A DNA stretch of 64,000 nucleotides from Candidatus Bathyarchaeia archaeon (GTDB lineage Archaea > Thermoproteota > Bathyarchaeia > 40CM-2-53-6): NCBI GenBank assembly GCA_050013255.1, contig JBEKFP010000003.1, positions 218,483 through 282,482 of the forward strand, read 5' to 3'. Positions within the stretch are counted from its first letter, which is position 1. The number at the start of each line of letters is the position of its first letter. Positions 25,442-34,958 of this stretch are shown one piece after another. The notes beneath the pieces were generated by a model. That model saw only the letters and a list, made by a program, of their open reading frames with translations, ran no database searches and was not told the origin of the DNA. The translations under genes and the position numbers were made by a program.

Positions 25442-27026
25442 TCCTCATATCCTCTGGTAACATGACATGCTCCAGTCCCCGGCGGATCTTTTCGCCGAAA
25501 GGCCCTGAACGTTCGTCGTTGAGCTGCTTGATCCAAGTCTCCAGTTTCTCTTCGTCGCTTGGAAGCCCATATCCCAAGGTGAGGGCCGCGTGGAGGCCAA
25601 CGATCTGCCCTTCGAGCATTGCGGTCGTGGCTTCCTCGATTCCAGAAACGTCGCCGGCTACGTAGACTCCGTCGGCGACTTCCATGAATTTCGTTCTACG
25701 AGCCACGAATCCACCAAGCTCTGGCACGAATTGCAGTTGTGCACCTGCTTGGGACGCGTGCTCGTAGGTGGGCGTTAGTCCGACTGCGATGCAGATGAGA
25801 TCACAGTCGACTTTCCGCTCGGTCCCCGGAATTGGGCTGAAAGAGTTGTCGATCTTTGCCATGATAGCGCTCTGAACCTTGCCCCGCCCCAATGCCTTGA
25901 TAACTGTGTGCGAGGTCAGGATTTCGACACCTTGACGCCGAACCTTGGCGGCGTGAACCAAGTATCCACCTATCCTGGGGAGAGCTTCCACGATGGCCAC
26001 AACACTCACGCCAGCTTGGAGCAGCTGGTATGAGAGTATGAGGCCAACGTTCCCCGATCCAACAACAAGTGCCTTTGTGCCTGGCTTGATTCCGTAAGTG
26101 TTCATCAGCGTTTGGACACCGCCGGCTGCGTAAACTCCCGGAAGGTCATTGTTCTCGAAGACTAGTGTTCTCTCGTAAGCTCCAGTGGCAATGATGATCT
26201 TCTTACCGTGAATCTTCAGTAGGCGATTTTCTTGCGCAGCCGCGACAATGTGTCTATCGTAGATACCGAATACGTCAGAATCGAGAAAGGTTGTAACGTT
26301 CCGCAGTTCGCGAATCTGCTTTGTCAACGTTTCCGCGATCCGGATTCCCCTGACACCTGCGTAGTGTCGTGCGTCGCCGAAGAACCGGTGCGTCTGCTTG
26401 ACAAGCTGCCCTCCAAGCATCCTCTTATCATCAATCAAGACCACATTCGGACACCTCTTCCCAGCTTCGAGAGCGGCGGTTAAGCCGGCGGGGCCTCCTC
26501 CGATTATAACAACATCTGTTTCCATCGAGAGTTTCGAGTTATCCGCTTTGCTAGTCGACTCCTTTGCCGGGAGACTCCCTAATCCCACAAACTTGGTGAG
26601 GATCTTGAGGTAAGTTTGCCTTAGAAAGGCAGGGCGGATCAATTTTCTGTGGTAGAAGCCGGAGGCCAAGGAGAAGTAGAATCCCAACTTGTCCATGACA
26701 GACAGCAGGTCGTGGTCGGCGTTGGGGAAGCCGCTTTGCCGCGTGACGCGCATTCCTTCCTTCACGTTAACCATGCAGGTCCGGACGTTTGGGACATTGT
26801 CGACGGTCATCATGCAGGCCGAACAACGCCCGATGGCGCAGAAGAAACCCCTAGGGCGGTGGTACTTCATGCTGCGACTAAATGTCCGTAATCCGTTTGC
26901 GTAGAGTGCGGCCGCAACTGTCTCTTTAGCGTAAGCCTCGATTGGTTTGCCTTCGAAATGGAATATGACTCTACTTTCGCGGTCGAACGTAAGCACAGGG
27001 TGTTGCGTTATCCTGCCGCCCTTCAA
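25416..27026 (-). CDS. Proline dehydrogenase/sarcosine oxidase alpha-like subunit
   Basis: RPRGFFCAIGRCSAC, GGGPAG, ATGAYER, VYVAGD. Confidence 0.85.
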   Translation of the reverse strand: MKGGRITQHPVLTFDRESRVIFHFEGKPIEAYAKETVAAALYANGLRTFSRSMKYHRPRGFFCAIGRCSACMMTVDNVPNVRTCMVNVKEGMRVTRQSGFPNADHDLLSVMDKLGFYFSLASGFYHRKLIRPAFLRQTYLKILTKFVGLGSLPAKESTSKADNSKLSMETDVVIIGGGPAGLTAALEAGKRCPNVVLIDDKRMLGGQLVKQTHRFFGDARHYAGVRGIRIAETLTKQIRELRNVTTFLDSDVFGIYDRHIVAAAQENRLLKIHGKKIIIATGAYERTLVFENNDLPGVYAAGGVQTLMNTYGIKPGTKALVVGSGNVGLILSYQLLQAGVSVVAIVEALPRIGGYLVHAAKVRRQGVEILTSHTVIKALGRGKVQSAIMAKIDNSFSPIPGTERKVDCDLICIAVGLTPTYEHASQAGAQLQFVPELGGFVARRTKFMEVADGVYVAGDVSGIEEATTAMLEGQIVGLHAALTLGYGLPSDEEKLETWIKQLNDERSGPFGEKIRRGLEHVMLPEDMRIGVKATVP

Positions 27027-27056
27027 GTTGACATACCCTATTCTGTTTTGGAATCG

Positions 27057-27383
27057 TCACCCGCTTACTGTCAGAAGGTGTTCTCGAATATCCAAGTCAT
27101 CATACTCGACATCGATGGCTTTCTTTGGGCAGGCGCCGATGCATTGCCAGCAAAGGTAGCAGTCTGGTACATGGTACCTAATAGCTAGATTGACCGGCCT
27201 GTCTGAGGATAGGATGCGTTCAGAGAAGCTTTTGAGTGCTATACTGTTCTTCACAGAATTGTCTGTGGGCTTGCACCATCGCCCGTTGCTCGACAGTTCA
27301 AAGACCGAGCCAGGGCAACTGCTTATGCACGCACCATCGCCGTCACACCTGCTGTAGTCTAGAACCAGATAAGGCATTCTCAA
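27057..27383 (-). CDS. 4Fe-4S dicluster ferredoxin
   Basis: CDGDGACISSCP and CYLCWQCIGACP. Confidence 0.8.
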   Translation of the reverse strand: MRMPYLVLDYSRCDGDGACISSCPGSVFELSSNGRWCKPTDNSVKNSIALKSFSERILSSDRPVNLAIRYHVPDCYLCWQCIGACPKKAIDVEYDDLDIREHLLTVSG

Positions 27384-27627
27384 ACGAGCAAATTGAGGTT
27401 AAGATTTTCTCTTAAGATTATCGGACCGTGTACGTAGCCACGACTTGCCCGCACCTTGCGCCTTGTTGGCCTCTTCTGAACTTAAATCATCAGTCGAAGC
27501 GCCCATTAAATCATAATTTACGGCCCAGAAACCCACGCTCTTGCAAGACTGCATCTTAATTTGAACCCTCAGTAACCTATCACCCACTAGACCACTGTCC
27601 CACTAAAACCACACGAAAAACAAGGAC

Positions 27628-27652
27628 TAAACCAGGCTAGACTACGGCCGCA
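27628..27652 (-). repeat. Duplicate of the tRNA-Gly 5' end
   Basis: 27631-27652 is identical to 22899-22920 (22 bp); GCAAATAAG lies at the same offset beside both copies. Confidence 0.8.
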
Positions 27653-27769
27653 AGCAGTTCACGAAAATGCCTTCTCTGCAAATAAGGGTTCGCGGCTCGG
27701 ATTGCGTATCGACTGGTTACCAGAATAGCGCTCAGGATCGTCAATGCCGTGTTGAATTACGGATACGGT

Positions 27770-28008
27770 TTTCAGCATACTCGCTTTCTACCGGTTGGGA
27801 TCTGGTCGGCTTTAAACCGCAACCACTAGTCACAGACGAGACAGTGTGGGTCTATCTGTCAAGCATAGCCGGGCACTACCCGATGAACAGTGTCTGGGTC
27901 TACAACAACGAAAGCGCGGATTGGATTAGAATAGACTCATCAGACGTGCTCCGCCCCGGCCAGGCGATTTGGATCCTGGTAACCGCACCCGCCAAGCTGA
28001 AACCATGA
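27770..28008 (+). pseudogene. C-terminal fragment of a surface/extracellular protein
   Basis: LSTGWDLVG...PGQAIWI resembles the L..GWNL...PG.G.W surface-protein tail; the N-terminus is implausible. Confidence 0.4.
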
Positions 28009-28138
28009 TCTTAGCGATTTCGGCGGCGGCAAGAGAGTTGGTCTGAAGTGTCCTCTATGTGAAGAGATTGTGATTGCCGAGACAAAACATTTTCTAAGAA
28101 CAAAGGGGATTCACATCCACGAAGAATAGTGGTTAAGC

Positions 28139-28912
28139 TTGGACCTTTCGCTCGACCCTCGATGCTTAGACATGTATACCAGCAGTCTGCAACAAGCCCG
28201 ATGTTTGAGCGAGGGTTGGGCAGAGAATAACCTCTACTGCCCAAGTTGTCTCCAACCAACGTTGTCACGAGAGAAGGCCAGTACGAAAGTCCTTGATTTT
28301 CGTTGCCCTCAATGCTACCAAACCTACAACATCAAGGCCAGCATGAAACCTTTCGCCGAGAGGGTTCGCGATGCCGAATACCACACATTCATGCAGGCTG
28401 TCGAAGAAAGAACAAATCCGAATCTTGTTCTGATGCACTATGACAAGCCACGCCTTCGGGTCGTGGATTTGGAGGTTATCCCTCGATTCTTTTTTGTCCC
28501 ATCATGCATCATTCCAAGCAAACCGACTAGGCCGAAATCAAGAGGGAAGCCATGGCAGGGCTGTTACATCTCATTGGAATTGGTGCCGTATGATGGCCGT
28601 ATTCGAATCATTGAAGATGAGCGAATCGAAGACCGCCAGATGGTCCACGACAAGTATCTCAGCACTGCCAAGTTATTGCTGCGCAAGACCGTGGAGGGTC
28701 GAGGCTGGACGGCTGACGTTCTACGATGCGTGCGAGCCCTACGTAGGCAAGCCTTCACGTTAGAGGAATTCTGTCAAGCTTATCAGGAAGAATTGCAAAG
28801 CCTTCACCCAAAGAACAGATTCATAAGAGCCAAGATTCGTCAACAGCTACAGGTGCTACGCGACAATGCCATTATGCGATTCAGAGGGGGCGGCAATTAT
28901 GAGTTGGTTTAG
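28139..28912 (+). CDS. DpnI-like (Dam-replacing family) endonuclease
   Basis: SEGW..NLYCPSC, DFRCPQC, C-terminal HPKN..AKIRQQLQVLRD winged helix. Confidence 0.85.
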   Translation: MDLSLDPRCLDMYTSSLQQARCLSEGWAENNLYCPSCLQPTLSREKASTKVLDFRCPQCYQTYNIKASMKPFAERVRDAEYHTFMQAVEERTNPNLVLMHYDKPRLRVVDLEVIPRFFFVPSCIIPSKPTRPKSRGKPWQGCYISLELVPYDGRIRIIEDERIEDRQMVHDKYLSTAKLLLRKTVEGRGWTADVLRCVRALRRQAFTLEEFCQAYQEELQSLHPKNRFIRAKIRQQLQVLRDNAIMRFRGGGNYELV

Positions 28913-29097
28913 TTTTTGCTTAGTAGTTGAAGAGGAACTTCGCGGGTAACATCAAGCCTTTTGGCTTCTCCTTAGGGAGGCCTTGTCATTCATCGAGCCC
29001 TAAGACAAAGATCCGGACCTGTATGGCGCTTTTGAAATTGGATAAATACCTCCGAGCTTTCTCGAAGGTCAGGCTTGCGTGACTGGAGCATTTGCAG

Positions 29098-29231
29098 GGT
29101 GTATACACCCAATCATTGGGTGTTAAACACCTCCCTCCAGGGGGGGCACCACCCGAACATCAGGTGCGTGGTATTGTGAGTGACCATTTGGAAAGCGTGT
29201 ATAACACTCGAAATTCAGGTGTTATACACCT
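29098..29231. repeat. Cluster of GGTGT(W2-3)ACACC palindromes
   Basis: Copies at ~29098, 29119, 29197 (degenerate) and 29218; ACACCCAATCATTGGGTGT at 29105-29123. Confidence 0.55.
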
Positions 29232-29438
29232 TGAGAGGGTGCATTGCACGTTACCTCTTGTGCCCAGCGACCATGTAGATGGTCCCCGTCGACTAACTAC
29301 ATGGTCAGGAGACGTGACGGCCGGGTGGCATCCACCCAATCATCGGGTGGATTCCAGCTTGAGGCCCTAGTAGTGCTAGTTTCGTTGGGGAAATCATGCA
29401 GGATTCCTTTGAGTGATTGATGTGAGTCAGCATGTGTA

Positions 29439-30524
29439 TTACGGGAGTGCGCGCATAAGCAGTCTGACCCAGTTGCCGCCGAGGATGTTGTCGATGTCGG
29501 TTTGGGAAAAATCGGCGTCGCCGAGTGCTTCACCAATCTTCCGCAGGTCTGCCGCGGTGTCTAATTCGGCGGGAATGCTTTCGGCTCCAAACCCACCGTC
29601 AAAATCAGACCCAATTCCAACGTGAAGCTTATCGCCGGCTAAGTCGCACACATGGCGAATGTGTTTTACGACGTCTGCCAATGTGACTTTGGATTTTATT
29701 GCGCCAGTTTGCTTCCAGTCTGGCTGCAGGAATTTGTTGTACAGCACTGTCCCAATGACGCCTTCGCGTGCTATGAGGGCAGAAATCATTTCGTCGCTTA
29801 GCTGCCTGTCAGTTGGGACGATGGTACGGCAATTGGAGTGGCTGGCTATCACGGGTCCATGGAATAGTTCCAGCGCCTCAAAGAAACTAGCCTCAGCCAT
29901 ATGCGACAAGTCTAAAATTAGGCCGGTTTTTTCCATCTCTTTCATCAATTCGCGGCCGAGTCCGGTAAGCGGTCCCGGCATTTGTGTGCCGCCCGCGTAG
30001 CGGGTTGCGCGCCAAGCTGGGCCGACGATTCGCACACCAGCTTCAAACCATTCTCGGGCCTGTTTCGGAGTTACAATTGGGTCAGCTCCTTCCATAAGTA
30101 GAACCAAGCCAAGAAGTGAACTGTCCGGGTTCAGTACGCGGTCAATGTCGGTTCTTGAGCGAATCAGTGTGATACGTGGGTCTTTGGCGAGGGCGTTGTA
30201 GTATTCGAGTTGCTTTCTTGCCAAATCATAGGCTTGCTGGGGGGTTTCGTAGCATGGTTTGACCTTGGGTTCGGGCCTGTTGCAGGGCGCGGCCCACAGG
30301 GTTGCGAAAACTATTCGTACATCTGCTTGGAGGAGTTCGGGTAAACCAACGGTCGCGACTCCCTTGTCGCTGTCGGGCGGGGTTTCGAGCTTCCGTTTCT
30401 CGAGAGCTGAAAGCCTGAAATCACGTCCTTGCATAGCATTATCTGCTATGTCTTCATGTGCGTCAACTATGAACCTGAATGGCTTCTCACGATGAAAATC
30501 AGACCCCGCGCCGACCTTCTTCAT
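29439..30524 (-). CDS. Membrane dipeptidase (peptidase M19)
   Basis: DAHED, MEGAD, DLSH, SHSN, GSDFDG. Confidence 0.9.
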   Translation of the reverse strand: MKKVGAGSDFHREKPFRFIVDAHEDIADNAMQGRDFRLSALEKRKLETPPDSDKGVATVGLPELLQADVRIVFATLWAAPCNRPEPKVKPCYETPQQAYDLARKQLEYYNALAKDPRITLIRSRTDIDRVLNPDSSLLGLVLLMEGADPIVTPKQAREWFEAGVRIVGPAWRATRYAGGTQMPGPLTGLGRELMKEMEKTGLILDLSHMAEASFFEALELFHGPVIASHSNCRTIVPTDRQLSDEMISALIAREGVIGTVLYNKFLQPDWKQTGAIKSKVTLADVVKHIRHVCDLAGDKLHVGIGSDFDGGFGAESIPAELDTAADLRKIGEALGDADFSQTDIDNILGGNWVRLLMRALP

Positions 30525-30564
30525 TGTCCCTGTACCTTAGAGTTTAATGACAATTTATGTCCCA

Positions 30565-31950
30565 TCATGACCGGGTGATCGGAATTTCCATAGCAAGAAG
30601 TTGCGTAAGCTCGTGAATTTGAAGATTTTCTAGATTCATTGTCTTGCTGATTATTGCTTTCTCCTTCTCCTCACTCACTACCGATAACGCGTTAGTGTGG
30701 AATTTCGTCAGGACTTCTTCGTCACTCATTCGGTTCTTGGGATTTCCCTTCGGAAAATCAACTCTCTCTGTGAAGCGGCGTCCGTCCTTGCACGTTACCT
30801 CAACTATGGCGGTGGCCAGTTCCGGAAAGAGCTTTTCCAACTCCGGGTCAGCGACAACCTTGACCTTCCTGATGACGCTACGAATGCGGTCATCGTTCAG
30901 CTTAGTTTTGGTAAACTGGTCCAAGGTCACCGTCCCATCAACAATAGCGGCTGCTATACAGTAAGGTAGGCTGTGGTCGGCAGTCTCCTTGGAGGTAGGT
31001 GTGTACTTTGATGGGTCCGCTAGAATATCGACCGCTCGCGAGATTGTTCTAACCACGACTCCCTCTACTTCCTCGGGCATGATGCTATGACGATCCAAGA
31101 GCGTTAGCGTGGCGGTGATTGGTGAATGTGTAAGCCCCTCAGTAGGAAATGGCTTCATTGAGCACTCCATAATCTTGAAACGCTCATGAGTTTTGGTCAT
31201 CACGTCCATATCCCATCTCCCTCCTATCGTGTCGACTAGACCTTCTTTTCCTTCGAAGACTGCTTCTGGGCCTGTGAATCCCTTCTTCGCCATTAGGGCG
31301 GCCATGACTCCACTCTGAACTGCCAATGGGTCTGCTATGTTCTTGACCATTGACAGCTTACCAGCCGCCACTGCTCCGAGGGTGAAGTTGTGGCTGCCTG
31401 AGATTCCTATGGCATTACACATCTGGTCAACGTTAAGGTCGAGCATTTTTCCAGCAACGACGGGGGACACGAACTGAGTTAGCGACGCATGGTGCCACTT
31501 CCTTTCTCGAATTCCCGGAATTGCGGATTCACAGAGGCGCATTTCCAATTCATATCCAATTATCATCGCCGCGATCAGATCTTTTCCCGACTTGTTTTCA
31601 CGTTCACCAACTGAAAGCGCCGCTGGGATCAGGTCACTGGGATGGCTTGGATCTTGCTTCCAGTAAATGTCGTTATAATCGAGGGCGCGAATGAGAAGGC
31701 TGTTAGCTAATGCGGCATTGTAACAGTTGGTCTTAGAGTCGCTTCCGATGATTGTTGCCTCGGGAGTGCCTCCGAGTTCATCGAGCACCTTCACCAAGAT
31801 TGCGAAGTCTTCGCTGAGACATCCGCGTAAGGCGCATCCTATAGAATCCAGTAGAAATCTCTTGGCCTCTCGGACTGTTTCCGATGGTATCTCATCGTAC
31901 TTCAGGTTGACCGCGAACTCTGCGAACTTTCTTGCTACAGTCGTAACTAT
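30565..31950 (-). CDS. prpD: MmgE/PrpD family dehydratase (apparent ATA start at 31950)
   Basis: LDYNDIY, SHPSD, ETADHSLPY; the family N-terminus (AKRFLLDSIGCAL) extends upstream of the track start. Confidence 0.85.
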   Translation of the reverse strand: MVTTVARKFAEFAVNLKYDEIPSETVREAKRFLLDSIGCALRGCLSEDFAILVKVLDELGGTPEATIIGSDSKTNCYNAALANSLLIRALDYNDIYWKQDPSHPSDLIPAALSVGERENKSGKDLIAAMIIGYELEMRLCESAIPGIRERKWHHASLTQFVSPVVAGKMLDLNVDQMCNAIGISGSHNFTLGAVAAGKLSMVKNIADPLAVQSGVMAALMAKKGFTGPEAVFEGKEGLVDTIGGRWDMDVMTKTHERFKIMECSMKPFPTEGLTHSPITATLTLLDRHSIMPEEVEGVVVRTISRAVDILADPSKYTPTSKETADHSLPYCIAAAIVDGTVTLDQFTKTKLNDDRIRSVIRKVKVVADPELEKLFPELATAIVEVTCKDGRRFTERVDFPKGNPKNRMSDEEVLTKFHTNALSVVSEEKEKAIISKTMNLENLQIHELTQLLAMEIPITRS

Positions 31951-32066
31951 TCAGACTTCCCGGTCGCTTAGCTTAATGTCGGGACTCAAATATTGCATCC
32001 ATGATTTGCGGAATCGATTATGACGACCTACTAATGCAGTCAATGCTCAGGTGCAGTCGCTGTGGC

Positions 32067-32618
32067 TTATTGAACAAGCTCAAATTCGGTGAAGTCTGCA
32101 TGATGGAAGATTATTGCTTCGGGAGACCTCTTGAAACCAGCTGCCTCTTTTGAATGCACTGCGATTATGTGTAGTACGTCTTCTGGTATATCATGCTTTG
32201 ATGCTAATGCGACACCGACAAACGGATGCCTCAAGTACTTACTTGATTTGCTGAATATGAAACGATCACCTTCCTTTGAATATTCATGCAGCTTCCCCAC
32301 ATCTGCAAGCAGGGCCCCCGCGATGAGCTTGTCACGACTCAGTTCAATGCGATCTCCGTAGGCGTCTTTTAGCACATCGAGCATGGCGATACACATCCTG
32401 CATACTGTGCGTACGTGCGAGATAAAACTCGTCGACACTTTCTCGACAAGTAGGGTGAATGGCATCCTCTGAAGCGACGCGATGTCCCAGTTATTCTCTT
32501 TCATCGCATCGATCCAGACCTGAAGTGTCTTCTCTCTGAGAGCCCTGTCCTGAATCTCATTAAACTCTGGAATAATTCTAGTCAGTTCTTCTTTCGTCTT
32601 AAACACCGACTTGACCAC
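32067..32618 (-). CDS. HD-domain (HDIG-like) hydrolase
   Basis: H..V, LLADVGKL (AD in place of HD), RHPF, HHAD. Confidence 0.75.
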   Translation of the reverse strand: MVKSVFKTKEELTRIIPEFNEIQDRALREKTLQVWIDAMKENNWDIASLQRMPFTLLVEKVSTSFISHVRTVCRMCIAMLDVLKDAYGDRIELSRDKLIAGALLADVGKLHEYSKEGDRFIFSKSSKYLRHPFVGVALASKHDIPEDVLHIIAVHSKEAAGFKRSPEAIIFHHADFTEFELVQ

Positions 32619-32813
32619 CCGGTAGAGGCCTGTTGAGTCTATTTTACTTTCAGCGGTGGGGCATAATCGGTTCTTGATTAGGATCCTGCTAGCGGGTCTT
32701 CGTCTGGTTCTAGGGTTATTGATACGCCCTTAGACTTTGAACTTAACCGTTGCATCTATTGTGCAAGCTCAAAGTCTGCAAATTCGTGCCATAGTGTGGC
32801 CAATTGAATCCAC

Positions 32814-34958
32814 CTAGGGTACCTGCCGGGTTGGTTTTCCCTTGTAGATGGCCTCGGAGAAGTTGATGGGTCGCATTTCGGGTTGAGAGAGGATCTCTTC
32901 GAAATAATGCGCCGAGAGGCCGGCAACTCGTCCCCAAATGAAGAGGACCTTGGCGACTATTGGATTCAGTCCCATGTCCGCAACTATTGCCCCGATTACT
33001 CCATCCACGTTAATGGGCAGGTCCATGCCTCGCACTTGCTTGAAAACTTTGGAAACAATTTTGGAAACGGCTACATTCCCTGCGGCTATTCCTGCATCTT
33101 CACTCAGTTTCCAGAGAACATCTCGTCTGGGGTCTTGAGTGTGGATTCTGTGGCCGAGGCCTTCAATCCTTCGGCCATCCCGGACATACTCAGTGAGTAC
33201 TACTTTCGTAGCTTCCTCCAGATCGAGTCCGTTTCTCTTGGAACGAGAAAGACATTCGGAGTAGAAGAGCGCGGCTTTCTTTCCAGCCCCTCCGTGGACG
33301 TCCGTTATCGCGCCAACTCCGCTTGCGACCGACACAGTATAGTCTGCCCTTGTTGACGCCGAGATGATAGCGACTTGAGCTGAGGGAGGAGTAACACCGT
33401 GGTCGACTGATGCTACGGCCATTGCTTCAAGAAGGCCAGCTTTCTTGCGGTCAAAAGTCGTGTCGCCAGTAATGGCCCGGTATATCAGTTCAGTGAAAGT
33501 CGATTCTTCAGAAAGCCGGTCGAGCGCGGATGTATTTCCCAAGATTGCCGCGAGATACCTTCCGACTCTTCCCAAAGCAAAGGCGGTTTTGAGGATGGGG
33601 CCCGATCTTCCTTTCTGGGAAAAGGTCGCTAGGATTTTGTCAGAGATTAGAGCCCTAGCAAGAGCTTGAGAAATGTCCTCATCTTCATACGATCCGATTG
33701 AGGGCTCCGGCTTGAGAGCGCCCTTCATGGCTATGGCCCGCAACTCTTCCAAGAACTCTGGAGCCGCGAACTCTCCTTGGATCAGGAGATTAGCCACGTC
33801 CAAGAGCCCTTTGCGGCCGACGATTTGTTGCAGTGCGTATCCCGAGATCATGATGTTGTTCGGCTTTACTTCGGTGATTAGAGTCCCCCAGCTGGGGGCA
33901 GCCACTTTCGCCTCCCAGATGTGTTGCATTTTCTGATAGTATCGTTCTGGATCGAAGTAGGTTTTCTTCAGTCTTGACTTCACAGCTTCGATGAGGTCGT
34001 ACTGGGAGTTGACAACTGTTACTCGGGCACGTTCCAGTGCTTCCTTCTTTGACTTGAAGGTGCCGTAAGCTTGTCCTGGAGCAACTATTGCTCCGGCGTG
34101 TCCCATTGTCTTTCCTTCTGGGGCGTGGGCTCCTGAGACGAGGGCTACTAGGGGCTTTGGGTATCGTTCGGGATGGACAAGAATATCCTCGGCTAGCCGC
34201 TCTTCTTGGATACCGCCGATTTCTCCTGCGATCACCACGAGCTCGGTGTTGGGATAGTTCATCACAAGAGGGACCAGATCCACAAAGGTGGAGCCAATCG
34301 CTGCGTCGCCGCCAATGCCGATGACCGCGTTCTGAGCGATCCCTGCACTTGCCAGAGCGTCGGACATGTGGTATAGAATTGCGCCACTGCGAGAGATTAT
34401 CGTGACGCCCTTTGGTCCGAACTTCCCGGGAGCTGTCTCCTCAGGGTAGAAGACATCGGGAAGCATTCCTATCTTTACTTGCTCAGGAGGAAAGATGATG
34501 CCGGGCGAGTTTCCCCCAATCAGGACCGTTCTATTTCTTCTCGCAGCCGCAAGCATCTCGCGGACATCGCGCAAAGGAATTCCTTCAGTGATTAGGACAA
34601 CAAGTGGGATACCTGATTCAATGACTTCGATTACCGCCTCCTTCGCGGTTGAATACTGCTTCCAAACGCTCGCCGCAGCAACATGCGGGTGGTCTTTGAG
34701 ACACTCCGCGACGGTGTCATAAACTGGAATTGTCTCATGGATACGAATGCCGCCTCGTCCCGGAGCAATTCCAGCGACGATTCTAGTCCCGAAGTCCTGC
34801 ATTAATCCGGCATGTCGAGTGCCCTCTCTTCCCAGACCCACAACAATTGTGTCGATTTCTCCTGTCTCTTTGATGTGGGTTGCGAGTTCCGGTCGAAGTT
34901 GTTTGATGAGATTGTAGAGTAACCCTTCGTCGGCACGTATCTTTTGGATCATTTCCAC
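32814..34958 (-). CDS. SucD-like CoA-ligase fused to a citryl-CoA lyase/citrate synthase domain (ATP-citrate lyase large-subunit-like)
   Basis: ITEGIP, SRSG, GEIGG, MGHAGA; then DHG, HGGA, GLGHRIH, NVDG. Confidence 0.85.
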   Translation of the reverse strand: MEMIQKIRADEGLLYNLIKQLRPELATHIKETGEIDTIVVGLGREGTRHAGLMQDFGTRIVAGIAPGRGGIRIHETIPVYDTVAECLKDHPHVAAASVWKQYSTAKEAVIEVIESGIPLVVLITEGIPLRDVREMLAAARRNRTVLIGGNSPGIIFPPEQVKIGMLPDVFYPEETAPGKFGPKGVTIISRSGAILYHMSDALASAGIAQNAVIGIGGDAAIGSTFVDLVPLVMNYPNTELVVIAGEIGGIQEERLAEDILVHPERYPKPLVALVSGAHAPEGKTMGHAGAIVAPGQAYGTFKSKKEALERARVTVVNSQYDLIEAVKSRLKKTYFDPERYYQKMQHIWEAKVAAPSWGTLITEVKPNNIMISGYALQQIVGRKGLLDVANLLIQGEFAAPEFLEELRAIAMKGALKPEPSIGSYEDEDISQALARALISDKILATFSQKGRSGPILKTAFALGRVGRYLAAILGNTSALDRLSEESTFTELIYRAITGDTTFDRKKAGLLEAMAVASVDHGVTPPSAQVAIISASTRADYTVSVASGVGAITDVHGGAGKKAALFYSECLSRSKRNGLDLEEATKVVLTEYVRDGRRIEGLGHRIHTQDPRRDVLWKLSEDAGIAAGNVAVSKIVSKVFKQVRGMDLPINVDGVIGAIVADMGLNPIVAKVLFIWGRVAGLSAHYFEEILSQPEMRPINFSEAIYKGKPTRQVP

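Noticed and set aside
27628-27652. Split tRNA formed with the 3' fragment at 62880-62907
   Set aside because: The acceptor strands do not pair cleanly (GCGGCCG versus CGGGCCC), there is no anticodon piece, and there is no long complementary leader/trailer
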